A stretch of 59,963 nt of DNA from an uncultured Bacteroides sp. Lineage in GTDB: Bacteria > Bacteroidota > Bacteroidia > Bacteroidales > Muribaculaceae. The notes under the pieces were generated by a model. The model had not been told where the DNA came from, did no database searches, and saw nothing but the letters and a program-made list of their open reading frames with translations. The DNA is taken from assembly GCA_964606815.1 (NCBI GenBank), contig CAZSHV010000001.1, positions 9,909 to 69,871 of the forward strand, in the 5' to 3' direction. The position numbers were made by a program, and so were the translations under genes. Of this stretch, positions 9,527 to 19,402 are shown one piece after another. Every line of letters begins with the position of its first letter. The first letter of the stretch is position 1.

Positions 9527-9644
9527 AGCACGCCAGAATGCCCTGCGTGCTTCGTGTGTACTCGTTCACCGCGGCCTAGGACATTCTACGACCCCCCGGC
9601 TCATAAGTACGCCGCAAAATTATACAAAATATTCTAATCCACAA

Positions 9645-10430
9645 ATGTTGAGCGAAAAAAACGAGGATAATTATTACATTCCCGACAGCCTCTTCCCTTC
9701 GGACAACGAGCTGGAGGTGCCGAGCCTGCGCCTGGACGTGCAGCCGACTGCCGTTACTATCCCGTTCGTTTGCTTCGGCGAACAGAAGCGGACGTTCAAG
9801 ATGAACGGGACGGGGACGTTGCATTTCTACACGGATGATTACCGCTTCAACGCTATCTACGACCACCCTGAACGCATCCTCGCCCATAACCCGATGAACA
9901 TGGTTGAGCCTAACTGGAGCCTGTTTAACGACACGCCGCTGGCCTTCGGCCTGCAGGCAATCTACAAAAAGCGATGGCTCGCCCGCGCCATGCAGGAGCG
10001 CGGCATCGGTGTGTTCGTCGACCTCAACGTGGCCAACAAATTCATAGCGGCCAACCTCCTGGGGGTGCCCCGCGGATACGGAGCATTCTGCACCCGCGGT
10101 TACAGCGACCGCATCCCCGCTCTGGAGATGGAGTATATGGTTGCCATCCGCGTGGCGGCTGGCAATCCTGTAACCTTCGTCGTATACGGCGGGGGCGAGA
10201 ACGTAAAGGCGTGGTGCCGTATGAATGGCTGCGTGTACGTCACCCCGGTAATCACGATCAAGAACAAGCAGAAGGCAATTGCCCGGATGGAAAGAAACAT
10301 CGCACGTCTCAGCGCAGGATCGTTGTTCCCTCCGATTTCCGAACCTGCTCGTGAATACACGAAAGGATTGGGAGTAGTGAGTGATTTCGCGCTTCAAGTT
10401 CTTGATTTCAAACAAAAAAGCCCACAATAA
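9645..10430 (+). CDS. DUF4417-like protein
   Basis: 'HFYTDDYRF...PNWSLFNDTPLAFGLQAIYKKRWLARAMQERGIGV'; likely start is ATG 9645. Confidence 0.7.
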   Translation: MLSEKNEDNYYIPDSLFPSDNELEVPSLRLDVQPTAVTIPFVCFGEQKRTFKMNGTGTLHFYTDDYRFNAIYDHPERILAHNPMNMVEPNWSLFNDTPLAFGLQAIYKKRWLARAMQERGIGVFVDLNVANKFIAANLLGVPRGYGAFCTRGYSDRIPALEMEYMVAIRVAAGNPVTFVVYGGGENVKAWCRMNGCVYVTPVITIKNKQKAIARMERNIARLSAGSLFPPISEPAREYTKGLGVVSDFALQVLDFKQKSPQ

Positions 10431-10468
10431 TTCTTGCGCATATTAAAATAATTGCCGTACTTTGTATG

Positions 10469-10485
10469 TGATTGCATTATAAACA
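10469..10485. promoter_or_regulatory. Palindromic operator copy 2 upstream of the terminase genes
   Basis: TGATTG-CATTA-TAAACA, extended by ATGTG...CACAT. Confidence 0.55.
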
Positions 10486-10570
10486 CATATCAATCCCTTC
10501 GCACTAGTAGTGTGAATACTTCTTTTATGCCGGCTGCAAAGCATCGGAAACAACAAAACAGCATACCATC

Positions 10571-11092
10571 GTGAGTGAGGCACAACAAAATAAGCGCAAC
10601 AAGCTGCGCATCGCAAGGCTGGAGATAGTGGCCGAGCTGCTCAAACGCGGCTACTCGTACAGACGAATACGAGCGGAGGTGATAGGGCGGCTCGACCTGC
10701 CCGCCTACAGCCTGTGCACGGTAAAAACCGACGTGGACGCACTGATGGCGGAATGGCGCGAGGCGAGGCTGACCAACGTGGACGATCTGGTGCAGCTCGA
10801 GCTGGAACGCATCGATGACGCCATCGTGGAGCTGCGCGAGCAGTGGGAGCTATCAAAGGGCGACCGCAAGACTGCCGGAGACGACTGCGAGAACGGGGGC
10901 AAGCGCATAGCGGAGACGCGCTCGCTGGGCAACGTGGCCTATTGGGCGGAGATTCGCGCGCAGCTGGTGGAGAGGCGCAAGCTGCTGGGCCTGTACTCGC
11001 CCGACAGAGCCGTGATCAAGACGGAGGTGGGAATATCGAGGGCCGAAATCGAAGCGGAACTTTCCCGCCTGCAAAACCTGCAGAAAGACTAA
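10571..11092 (+). CDS. Putative terminase small subunit
   Basis: N-terminal HTH, 'ERRKLLGL' motif, directly upstream of TerL. Confidence 0.7.
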   Translation: MSEAQQNKRNKLRIARLEIVAELLKRGYSYRRIRAEVIGRLDLPAYSLCTVKTDVDALMAEWREARLTNVDDLVQLELERIDDAIVELREQWELSKGDRKTAGDDCENGGKRIAETRSLGNVAYWAEIRAQLVERRKLLGLYSPDRAVIKTEVGISRAEIEAELSRLQNLQKD

Positions 11093-11104
11093 ACGAAGGT
11101 CTGA

Positions 11105-12574
11105 ATGGGAACGCCATCGGTAGACACACTGCGCAAAGAGCTGGGCCTGCGCCGGCAGCTGCTTGAACTTGACGCTCGCCGTCAGTTCAGGCAATTCTTG
11201 CCGTATATGGACCCGACGTACTCGCGCCAGTGGTTTCACCGCCTCATCGCCGACCGCTGCCAGGCCCTGCTCGACGGAGACATCAAGAAGCTGATGGTGT
11301 TCGTGCCCCCGCAGCACGGCAAGAGCCAAATCGTGTCGCGCTCGTTCCCGGCCTTCGCCCTCGGCGTCAACCCCGACCTGAAGATTGTCGGCTGCTCCTA
11401 CGCCGCCACCTTGGCGCAGGGATTCAGCCGCTCCATACAGCGCATCATGGACTCGGAGGAGTACGCTCGCATCTTCCCTGAGACCTTCCTCAACGGCTCG
11501 CGCGGCCGCGGCTCGGCCAGAGGCGTGGCACGCACCGCCGACGAGTTCGAGGTGGTGGGCCACAGGGGCTTTTACCGCTCGGCGGGCGTATGCGGCGGTC
11601 TCACCGGCACGGCGGTGGACATCGGCATCATCGACGACCCTGTGAAGGACGCTCTGGAGGCGCAGTCTGCCACCTACCGAGAGCGTGTGTGGGAATGGTA
11701 CAACTCCGTGTTCATGACCCGACTGCACAACAACTCCCGCCAGCTCTTCATCATGACCCGCTGGCACGAGGACGACCTCGCCGGCCGCATCCTGGCCAAG
11801 GAGGGCGACTGGGAGGTGCTGTGCATCCCAGCCATCCGCGAGAGCCTTGACGACGGCAACGCCGAAGACCCCCGGCAGGTGGGCGAAGCCCTGTGGGAGC
11901 AGCGCCACTCATTGGCTCGCCTGCTTGAAGCGCAAAAACGCTCCGAGCGGGTGTTCGCGGCCCTGTACCAGCAGCATCCCACGCCCGACGGCGGCAACAT
12001 CGTGAAGGCGGCGTGGTTCCGGAGTTGCTCACGCTCGGAGTTCGAGCGGCTGCACAACGGCGAGCCCATCGTCTTCTTCATCGACACGGCCTACACCGAC
12101 AAAACCGCCAACGACCCCACTGGCATCATCGCCACCTGCAAAATCGGCGAAGACCTTTACATCGTCGACGCAGAGAAGGTGCACATGAAGTTCCCCGACC
12201 TCATCCGCCACATCCCCGCATACGTCCGGCGCAACGGGTACACGCCGAAGTCCACGATCCGCATAGAGCCGAAAGCCAACGGCATCTCAGTCATAGACCA
12301 GCTCAAGGAGAACACCGGCCTGAACGTCACCCGCACACCTTCGCCCTGCGACAGCAAGGAGACGCGCCTGAACGCTTCCTCTCCCTGCGTGGAGGGCGGC
12401 CGCGTGGTGCTGGTGGAAGGGGGCTGGAACGACGGCTTCGTCGACGAGGTGTGCGGCTTCCCCGCTGCCACCCACGACGAATACGTGGACGTGCTCTGCT
12501 ATGCCATCGACTATCACCTCACAAGCCCCTTCAAGCCCATAGACAAGAAGCGGCTCGCCAGACTGGTGCATTAA
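11105..12574 (+). CDS. terL: Terminase large subunit
   Basis: Walker A 'PPQHGKS', Walker B 'IIDDPVK', 'MTRWHEDDLAG', nuclease motifs 'DTA' and 'HDEYVD'. Confidence 0.95.
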   Translation: MGTPSVDTLRKELGLRRQLLELDARRQFRQFLPYMDPTYSRQWFHRLIADRCQALLDGDIKKLMVFVPPQHGKSQIVSRSFPAFALGVNPDLKIVGCSYAATLAQGFSRSIQRIMDSEEYARIFPETFLNGSRGRGSARGVARTADEFEVVGHRGFYRSAGVCGGLTGTAVDIGIIDDPVKDALEAQSATYRERVWEWYNSVFMTRLHNNSRQLFIMTRWHEDDLAGRILAKEGDWEVLCIPAIRESLDDGNAEDPRQVGEALWEQRHSLARLLEAQKRSERVFAALYQQHPTPDGGNIVKAAWFRSCSRSEFERLHNGEPIVFFIDTAYTDKTANDPTGIIATCKIGEDLYIVDAEKVHMKFPDLIRHIPAYVRRNGYTPKSTIRIEPKANGISVIDQLKENTGLNVTRTPSPCDSKETRLNASSPCVEGGRVVLVEGGWNDGFVDEVCGFPAATHDEYVDVLCYAIDYHLTSPFKPIDKKRLARLVH

Positions 12575-12610
12575 CCCCTCCAGCAATTCACCTCTCAAAT
12601 CCAACACATA

Positions 12611-14002
12611 ATGCCAATCGAAGACATCCTCAACTCCAACGCCTCGGCGGAGGCCAAGATAGCCGCCCTGAAGGAGAAGACCATAGTCGTGCCCTCATGG
12701 GGCGGCGCTAAGGGCTTAAGGCGCGAGTACGACCCCACGCTCCACCCGGTGATGGACAAGGCTCTGTACCCCGACGTCGCCAACGACGACGGCTCCTACG
12801 AGCCGCAGACGCGCATCACCTACGACCTCCAACGCCTCGCCACAAAGCGAATGACGGAGCTGGCCGTGGGAACGCCCGTCAAGCGCATCTACACCCCGCA
12901 GAACGAGCGTCAGCAAGCCGTGGCGCGATACATCGAGAACATCCTCGAGCGCAACCGCATCAACTCCCTCAACACCGAGCGATGCGCAATGCTCTTCGCG
13001 GGCTGCGAGGTGGTCACGCTGTGGTACGCCACGGAGACGCCCAACCCCCTCTACGGCTTTGACTCTCCGCTGAAGCTGCGCTGCCGCAACTTCTCCCCCA
13101 TGCTCGGCGACGAGCTTTATCCTCTCTTCGACGAGTACGGCGACATGATAGCCCTCTCCATCGGCTACCGCCGCCGCGTGGCAGGGAAGAGCGTGCAGTA
13201 CTTCGACGCTTACACCGCCAACCGGCACATCAAGTGGAGCAACGCCGCGGGCGGGGCCATGGCCGTGGTGGAGGACGAGACGACCACGCTGGGGAAGATT
13301 CCCGCCGTGTATGTGTGGCGACCCACCCCGGTGTGGGAGGACACCTCGAAGATCGTCTACGAGATGGAGTGGGCAATGAGCCGCAACGGCAACTACCTGC
13401 GCAAGAACTCCAAGCCCATCTTCGCCGTCTTCGCCGACGACATCGTGGACTACGGCGGCGAGGGCGACGACAAGGAGGCCAGAGCCATCATGCAATTCCC
13501 CAAAGGCACCTCGGCGCAGTACCTGACGTGGGCGCAGGCCGTGGACAACCTCAAGTTCTACATGGCCGAATTGCGCCAGACCTTCTTCACCCAGCTGCAG
13601 TTGCCCGACTGGTCTTACGAGAGCATGAAGTCGGCCCCCATGTCCGGCGAAAGCCGCAAGCAGCTGTTCATCGACGCCCACCTCAAGGTCAAGGACGAGA
13701 GCGGCCGCCTCATCGAGTGCTTCGACCGAGAGGTGAACGTGATAAAGGCATTCCTCAAAACCATGCTCCCCGCCTCCTTCCACAGCGACATCGACGCCCT
13801 GCCCGTGGAGCACGAGGTGTCGGCATTCGTGGTCTCCGATGAAAAGGACACCATCGTCAATCTAATGACGGCCAACGGCGGCAAGCCCGTCATCTCGCAG
13901 CGGGAGTCTATCGAGGTGCTCGGATGGAGCAAGGACGTGGACAAGACCATGGCCGAAATCCAAGAGCAGGACGTGCAAGACGCCTTCGGCTCATATCAGT
14001 AA
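12611..14002 (+). CDS. Portal protein (SPP1 gp6-like)
   Basis: 463 aa directly after TerL; 'LGKIPAVY', 'MSGES'. Confidence 0.85.
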   Translation: MPIEDILNSNASAEAKIAALKEKTIVVPSWGGAKGLRREYDPTLHPVMDKALYPDVANDDGSYEPQTRITYDLQRLATKRMTELAVGTPVKRIYTPQNERQQAVARYIENILERNRINSLNTERCAMLFAGCEVVTLWYATETPNPLYGFDSPLKLRCRNFSPMLGDELYPLFDEYGDMIALSIGYRRRVAGKSVQYFDAYTANRHIKWSNAAGGAMAVVEDETTTLGKIPAVYVWRPTPVWEDTSKIVYEMEWAMSRNGNYLRKNSKPIFAVFADDIVDYGGEGDDKEARAIMQFPKGTSAQYLTWAQAVDNLKFYMAELRQTFFTQLQLPDWSYESMKSAPMSGESRKQLFIDAHLKVKDESGRLIECFDREVNVIKAFLKTMLPASFHSDIDALPVEHEVSAFVVSDEKDTIVNLMTANGGKPVISQRESIEVLGWSKDVDKTMAEIQEQDVQDAFGSYQ

Positions 14003-14015
14003 AACACGCACAGCT

Positions 14016-14258
14016 ATGCCTAGAGAACGCACACAAGCCAGATTATCCCGGATGGCGCGGCCTGAACGCACCGCGCATGCTCAAACGCGCCGGTGCAGAG
14101 ATTGCATCCATTCCTACGACTGGCACGACCTCTCGCTCGAAGGCCGCCCCATCCTCTGCCGCTGCCTTGTGGACGCCAAGAGCAAGCAGGGGCGTTTCTG
14201 CAAGTTCCTCTCCGACCTCGCCTGCGAGCATTTCGCCTCCCGGTCACTGATCAGATAA
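14016..14258 (+). CDS. Small Cys-rich phage protein
   Basis: CRDCIH...LCRC...ACEHF putative Zn-binding motif between portal and MuF. Confidence 0.6.
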   Translation: MPRERTQARLSRMARPERTAHAQTRRCRDCIHSYDWHDLSLEGRPILCRCLVDAKSKQGRFCKFLSDLACEHFASRSLIR

Positions 14259-14274
14259 GACCACGCCTGCGACC

Positions 14275-16104
14275 ATGTCCAAGCCCAGCAAATACGACCG
14301 ACAGCACCTGCGCAACCTCGCCCGCTACCGCAAGCAGATCGAGGCCATATATGACGCCGCCCTGCATGAGGCAGCGGCCATAGGTGGCCTTGTGCCGTCG
14401 CTGGACGAGGGGAAGCTGTTCTCCTTTGACGACTACCCCATCACCCACGACAGGGTGCGCAGGCTGCTCGGCTCGCTGTGTAAGGAGCTTGAGATGTGCG
14501 TCGTCAACGGCGTGCGCTCGGAGTGGACGCTGGCCAACAACAAGAACGACGCTCTGTGCGACCGCGTCTTCGGCAGCCGCAAGTCGCGGCTCCCCTATGA
14601 GGCCGCTCGCCGATACTACGCCACCAACGCCCCCGCCCTCGAGGCCTTCCTCTCCCGCCAGGAGCAGGGGCTCGGGCTCTCCGACAGGGTGTGGCGGTAC
14701 ACCGACATGTTCCGCCGCGAGATAGAACTCGGCCTTGACCTCGGCATCCGCTCAGGGCACGACGCTCGGCAGATGGCAAGCAGCCTCAAACAGTACCTGC
14801 TGCACCACGACAAGCTCTTTCGCCGCGTCAGGGACGAGCACGGCCAGCTCACGCTCTCCCGAGCCGCCGCCGACTTCCACCCCGGAAGGGGCGTCTACCG
14901 CAGCAGCTATATGAACGCCCTGCGACTGACGGCCACGGAGACGAATATGGCCTACCGCACCGCCGACCACGACCGCTGGCAGCAGCTGGACTTCGTGGTT
15001 GGGCAGGACGTGCGCTGCTCCGACACCAACCACACCCAGCCCGACATCTGCGACACGCTGGCTGGCCGGTACCCCAAGGACTTCGTCTTCACGGGGTGGC
15101 ATCCCTTCTGCCGCTGCTACGTCGTGCCTGTGCTCAAGACCGAGGAAGAGGTTGACGCAGACATGCAACGCATCCTGCGTGGGGAAGACCCGCTGCCGCC
15201 CTCGCAGAGCGAGAACGCCGTGGAGGAGGTACCCGACAACTTCGCCGACTGGGTAAGGGAGAACGAAGAGCGCATCGCAGCCGCAACCGACCGCGGCACC
15301 CTCCCCTACTTCATCAGAGACAACGAGAAGTATATTGGTACGTCGCTGGAAGAACATCAGATACATTCATTTCTCAGCGGAGAGAATGTGCTTCTTACCC
15401 CCACCCACGAGCAAGATGTAAGTTTAATCCAGGATAAACTGTTCCAGCTTCAAAAAGACAATCCCTCGTGGTTCCGCAGAGGATACACTGGAATTGAAAC
15501 GACCTCTTCCCAAACAGGCGGATACATGTCAACGGACAGCAAAGGACGGATTACTATTAACTTCGCAAAGGACGTTAATGGCTTCAATGCCGGCGAGAGC
15601 GTACTCTCGGCATTCAAGAAGCTGAAGGAAGGCAGGGAACTAACAGCTCACGAGGAATATTCTATTGAGATGCTCTGGCACGAGATACTTCACAACAAGA
15701 CTCTCAACACAGTTGTACTGCCAGACATAGATACACATTTAGGCTTCCCTCGCTCTGTGGCTGAAACCATCAATCAACTTGTGGCAAGGCATACGTATCC
15801 CGATTTTCTGAAGAAATTAGGAGGAAAAGCTGTTCACCAAAGCTGGGTGCTTGAATATGGAATAAGTTATAGGGAATATGTTGCAAACATTCGTTCGATT
15901 ATAACAAAAGCAAGAATAACTGAAAGCGATTTTGTTACACGAGCACAAAAGATTCTAATGGAGGACTATTCCCAAATTGACGAACGAATCGAGAAACTGC
16001 TAATCAATCTCTGCTCAAACAAACGAAATAAGGAGAATATTGGTTTTATTTTTAGACGAATAGAACTTGAGGATTTTACCGAATATCTAAAAATCTTGAA
16101 ATAA
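14275..16104 (+). CDS. MuF-like minor head protein with C-terminal HExxH metallopeptidase toxin-like tip
   Basis: Downstream of portal; 'RLTATETNMAY...CDTLAGRYP...WHPFCRC' MuF signature; AT-richer C-terminal domain with 'LWHEILH...AETINQ'. Confidence 0.85.
   Translation: MSKPSKYDRQHLRNLARYRKQIEAIYDAALHEAAAIGGLVPSLDEGKLFSFDDYPITHDRVRRLLGSLCKELEMCVVNGVRSEWTLANNKNDALCDRVFGSRKSRLPYEAARRYYATNAPALEAFLSRQEQGLGLSDRVWRYTDMFRREIELGLDLGIRSGHDARQMASSLKQYLLHHDKLFRRVRDEHGQLTLSRAAADFHPGRGVYRSSYMNALRLTATETNMAYRTADHDRWQQLDFVVGQDVRCSDTNHTQPDICDTLAGRYPKDFVFTGWHPFCRCYVVPVLKTEEEVDADMQRILRGEDPLPPSQSENAVEEVPDNFADWVRENEERIAAATDRGTLPYFIRDNEKYIGTSLEEHQIHSFLSGENVLLTPTHEQDVSLIQDKLFQLQKDNPSWFRRGYTGIETTSSQTGGYMSTDSKGRITINFAKDVNGFNAGESVLSAFKKLKEGRELTAHEEYSIEMLWHEILHNKTLNTVVLPDIDTHLGFPRSVAETINQLVARHTYPDFLKKLGGKAVHQSWVLEYGISYREYVANIRSIITKARITESDFVTRAQKILMEDYSQIDERIEKLLINLCSNKRNKENIGFIFRRIELEDFTEYLKILK
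14963..15335 (+). repeat. MuF homology repeat, copy 1 (inside the full-length gene)
   Basis: Near-identical to 17913-18285 (373 bp), 16426-16732 (307 bp) and 19838-19977 (~140 bp). Confidence 0.95.
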
Positions 16105-16320
16105 ATGGGCAATCAAACTTCTATTCTTCACCTTTGCAAAATAGAAGTTCGCTTTCTCCTTGTCATCTCTCATGCTAAATAATAACCCTAGCATAAAATT
16201 TGCATCATCAGGATTAGCGAAAGGATCAATTCCATGCGCACGCTCCCATTCGAATTGCTCTCTCCCTCCGAAACGATTCAGCTCTTCATCGGTAGGGTTA
16301 TGGTCAAATATCGTTTCCAT
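16087..16320 (-). CDS. Putative immunity protein 1
   Basis: 77 aa, convergent, overlaps the toxin stop by 18 bp; own promoter at 16355-16385. Confidence 0.7.
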   Translation of the reverse strand: METIFDHNPTDEELNRFGGREQFEWERAHGIDPFANPDDANFMLGLLFSMRDDKEKANFYFAKVKNRSLIAHLFQDF

Positions 16321-16354
16321 TAGTAAATTTCTTAAACGTTATCGCTTTTCTATG

Positions 16355-16385
16355 CAAATATAGCAAAAACCGCCGAGGCCGCAAA
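16355..16385 (-). promoter_or_regulatory. Promoter of immunity gene 1
   Basis: Minus strand TTTG-N19-TATATTTG. Confidence 0.8.
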
Positions 16386-16421
16386 ACACTACCCGAATCT
16401 TTCGGAACTTTTCTAAATTAA

Positions 16422-17471
16422 GATTCCGACTTCGACCGCTGGCAGCAGCTGGACTTTGTGGTCGGGCAGGACGTGCGATGCTCCGACACCAACCACGCGC
16501 TGCCCGACATCTGCGACACGCTGGCTGGCCGGTACCCCAAGGACTTCGTCTTCACGGGGTGGCATCCCTTCTGCCGCTGCTACGTCGTGCCTGTGCTCAA
16601 GACAGAGGAGGAGGTTGACGCCGACATGCAGCGCATCCTCCGTGGGGAAGACCCGCTGCCGCCCTCGCAGAGCGAGAACGCCGTGGAGGACGTGCCGGAC
16701 AACTTCACCGACTGGGTGCGGGAGAACGAAGAAAGGATTGAACAAGCAAGCCGATTACCTTATTTCATTCGTGATAATATGCGTTTTGTCCAAGTAGACC
16801 TTGGGGTTGGAATAGGCGCACACAAGCGAGGAAAGGGGGCAATAATGAGGGGCCGAGATGATGATCAATATTTGCAGGAGCTACAAGCTGACAAAATTGC
16901 GAATGCACCTATTTCTCTAACCCCAAATCTGCTTGCAAATGCAGAGGAGGCATGTGAAAAGCTTAAAATTAAACGTATTGATATGACATTTGAAATGGCG
17001 GACGGAAGAACTCCAAACCTTAACAAGTTACGAGATAATTGCCAAACCGCCGTCGTAGTTTACGAAGCACGCCGCAGAGGGATTGACGTTATATCCTTAG
17101 GGCATAGCGAAGAAAAAGACTCGCCATCATACCGATTAGGAGAGGATGGCGCAATTGCCTTCAAGGGGAAAGATGGTTTGCCCCCAAAATTTATGTCATT
17201 AGGAGGGAACAAGGCGCGGATTAAATCAAAAATCGAATCGATAACTACAAACGAGGGCAGATACCATCTCGGCATGGAAAGTGGTGAAGATGGCCACATA
17301 ATTGTAGCGGAAAAAATAAAGGGTCACGATGTCGTCTTTTATGACCCTCAAAGTGGCAAAGCTTGGAGTCTCGGTCATATACTTGAAAGCTACGACAAAT
17401 TCTCCATTCTTAAAGTCAGCAATCTCGAACTTGACACGGACTTCCTTTTAGAAATTTGCGAGGTCCGGTAA
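16422..17471 (+). CDS. Orphan MuF C-terminal cassette 2 with papain-fold (Tox-PL-like) tip; probably untranslated until recombined
   Basis: Frame opens after TAA at 16419-21 with no ATG before the repeat; 'DNCQTAVVVYEARRRG...GHIIVAEK...FYDPQSG'. Confidence 0.8.
   Translation, partial: DSDFDRWQQLDFVVGQDVRCSDTNHALPDICDTLAGRYPKDFVFTGWHPFCRCYVVPVLKTEEEVDADMQRILRGEDPLPPSQSENAVEDVPDNFTDWVRENEERIEQASRLPYFIRDNMRFVQVDLGVGIGAHKRGKGAIMRGRDDDQYLQELQADKIANAPISLTPNLLANAEEACEKLKIKRIDMTFEMADGRTPNLNKLRDNCQTAVVVYEARRRGIDVISLGHSEEKDSPSYRLGEDGAIAFKGKDGLPPKFMSLGGNKARIKSKIESITTNEGRYHLGMESGEDGHIIVAEKIKGHDVVFYDPQSGKAWSLGHILESYDKFSILKVSNLELDTDFLLEICEVR
16426..16732 (+). repeat. MuF homology repeat, copy 2
   Basis: Direct copy of 14963-15269. 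Confidence 0.95.
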
Positions 17472-17723
17472 ATTCAACAACGTTCGCCTATAGTGCAGAA
17501 TTTCATCCAAATCATCGATAACTTGACAGTTGGCATCCGCATCTACCAAAACAAAGATAGGCAGTCCGCACTTGTGACGGGGAGGCACATCGAATCTGAA
17601 ACCAAAAAGAGCCTTTCCTTTTTCTTGCCCCATATATTTTCCAATTAGCGGTGTTGTAGATTTGATGGCCGCTTTAGCGACCCTCTCAAACTGTTTAAGC
17701 TGATCTTGTGTGAAGGTTGACAT
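17448..17723 (-). CDS. Putative immunity protein 2
   Basis: 91 aa, convergent, 24-bp overlap; motif 'YMGQEKG..LF...GLPIFVLV' shared with immunity 3. Confidence 0.75.
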   Translation of the reverse strand: MSTFTQDQLKQFERVAKAAIKSTTPLIGKYMGQEKGKALFGFRFDVPPRHKCGLPIFVLVDADANCQVIDDLDEILHYRRTLLNLPDLANF

Positions 17724-17841
17724 CTGAAAAGGAATTATAACGTCAGAACGGCGGTTTTAAGGCGCACCATGCAGTGAATAGCAGCCGAGCCGAGGGTTTT
17801 ATCGTTTCGGCTCAAGAGAGCGAACACGTGGCGTTTGTGCG

Positions 17842-17872
17842 CAAAGGTAGCAAAAACCGCCGAGGCAGCAAA
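17842..17872 (-). promoter_or_regulatory. Promoter of immunity gene 2
   Basis: Minus strand TTTG-N19-TACCTTTG. Confidence 0.8.
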
Positions 17873-17908
17873 ACACTACCCGAATCTTTCGGAACTTTTC
17901 TAAATTAA

Positions 17909-19402
17909 GATTCCGACCATGACCGCTGGCAGCAGCTGGACTTCGTGGTTGGGCAGGACGTGCGCTGCTCCGACACCAACCACACCCAGCCCGACATCTG
18001 CGACACGCTGGCTGGCCGGTACCCCAAGGACTTCGTCTTCACGGGGTGGCATCCCTTCTGCCGCTGCTACGTCGTGCCTGTGCTCAAGACCGAGGAAGAG
18101 GTTGACGCAGACATGCAACGCATCCTGCGTGGGGAAGACCCGCTGCCGCCCTCGCAGAGCGAGAACGCCGTGGAGGACGTGCCGGACAACTTCGCTGACT
18201 GGGTAAGGGAGAACGAGGAGCGCATCGCAGCCGCCACCGACCGCGGCACTCTGCCATACTTCATCAAAGACAACGAGAAGTATATGGACGTGCACAACTA
18301 CCATCGTGCGACAGAGACGCCCTTGAATGGCATTGCTGAATCTTTTCTGAAGAACTACGAGGAGATTGAAACGGCCCTGGGTATTAATCGCGGCGCACCA
18401 ATGAGCTTTGAAGAAGCTAACGAGATGAGAGCAAACCCGAATTACAAAACAGCCGTCGAGTTCCGGCAGAACTGCTCGGGGACGGTGTTCGCCAATGAAC
18501 TACGCCGCAGAGGCTTTGACGTGGAGGCTTTCGGCAACTCTAAAGAGGAATGGCGAATCACGACCATCCTTTCAAAGCGTCCTGAAATCGCATTCATGGA
18601 CGCTGACGGAAATCCGCCCGTGCCTATCAGAATTAAGACTTCTGGCAATTTAATGCGCGACCTCGGCAGCCAGATGACGGAGCCTGGACGCTACCATCTG
18701 AGGTTCAGGTTCAACAACGACAGTGGCACTGGCCACATCATCACGGCAGAACGCCTTGCTGACGGCACTCTGCGAATCTACGACCCGCAGAACGGAAAAA
18801 TAATCAGGAACTTCAGAGAGTACTCCACGGGCGTCACCAACTCAACCTTCGAGTACTACAGGGTGGACAACCTTCGCATCAATCCGGATGTGGCGCGCGG
18901 AGCGGTCAAACCATCGGGCGTCATGGGAGACGCTCCGAAGATGAAACTCCCGCAAATTGCACATCTCATAGATAGAGGATGGTACGGCGAGTTTGACCCT
19001 AATATAAGTGAGTTAAGGAGACAGACCCTAAACTCCAACTACTTCACAATGTCTGACCAGCCGTTAGCGTACGAAAATTTGCGCACGGGAAAATTGCTTT
19101 TAAAACGTAAACCGCTAAGACGAATAATAAATCATTGTATAAACGCAGATGAAATCGATGCCGTTAAGTTCATCTGGAATAACCCTGGGAGCTTGAGGGA
19201 AATTCGCATTAGCCCTTTGGGCGAAGGAAAAGATTTGACGTTAGAATCTGTGCAGACAAACTTGCGCAATAAGAGGGCACGCGGTGTGGTAGAATACATA
19301 ATCTATGAATTCGAGTATAATGGATTAGTTTGGACCTTGAAAACCGAACATCATAGATACGGGTTTGAACAATTCTACCACCTAAGGAAATCTAATGAAT
19401 AA
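17909..19402 (+). CDS. Orphan MuF C-terminal cassette 3 with papain-fold tip plus a second C-terminal (possibly RNase-like) domain
   Basis: In-frame TAA just upstream, no ATG; 'QNCSGTVFANELRRRG...GHIITAER...IYDPQNG', then ~130 extra aa ending 'EYIIYEFEYNG..WTLKTE....EQFYHL'. Confidence 0.8.
   Translation, partial: DSDHDRWQQLDFVVGQDVRCSDTNHTQPDICDTLAGRYPKDFVFTGWHPFCRCYVVPVLKTEEEVDADMQRILRGEDPLPPSQSENAVEDVPDNFADWVRENEERIAAATDRGTLPYFIKDNEKYMDVHNYHRATETPLNGIAESFLKNYEEIETALGINRGAPMSFEEANEMRANPNYKTAVEFRQNCSGTVFANELRRRGFDVEAFGNSKEEWRITTILSKRPEIAFMDADGNPPVPIRIKTSGNLMRDLGSQMTEPGRYHLRFRFNNDSGTGHIITAERLADGTLRIYDPQNGKIIRNFREYSTGVTNSTFEYYRVDNLRINPDVARGAVKPSGVMGDAPKMKLPQIAHLIDRGWYGEFDPNISELRRQTLNSNYFTMSDQPLAYENLRTGKLLLKRKPLRRIINHCINADEIDAVKFIWNNPGSLREIRISPLGEGKDLTLESVQTNLRNKRARGVVEYIIYEFEYNGLVWTLKTEHHRYGFEQFYHLRKSNE
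17913..18285 (+). repeat. MuF homology repeat, copy 3
   Basis: Direct copy of 14963-15335. Confidence 0.95.
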
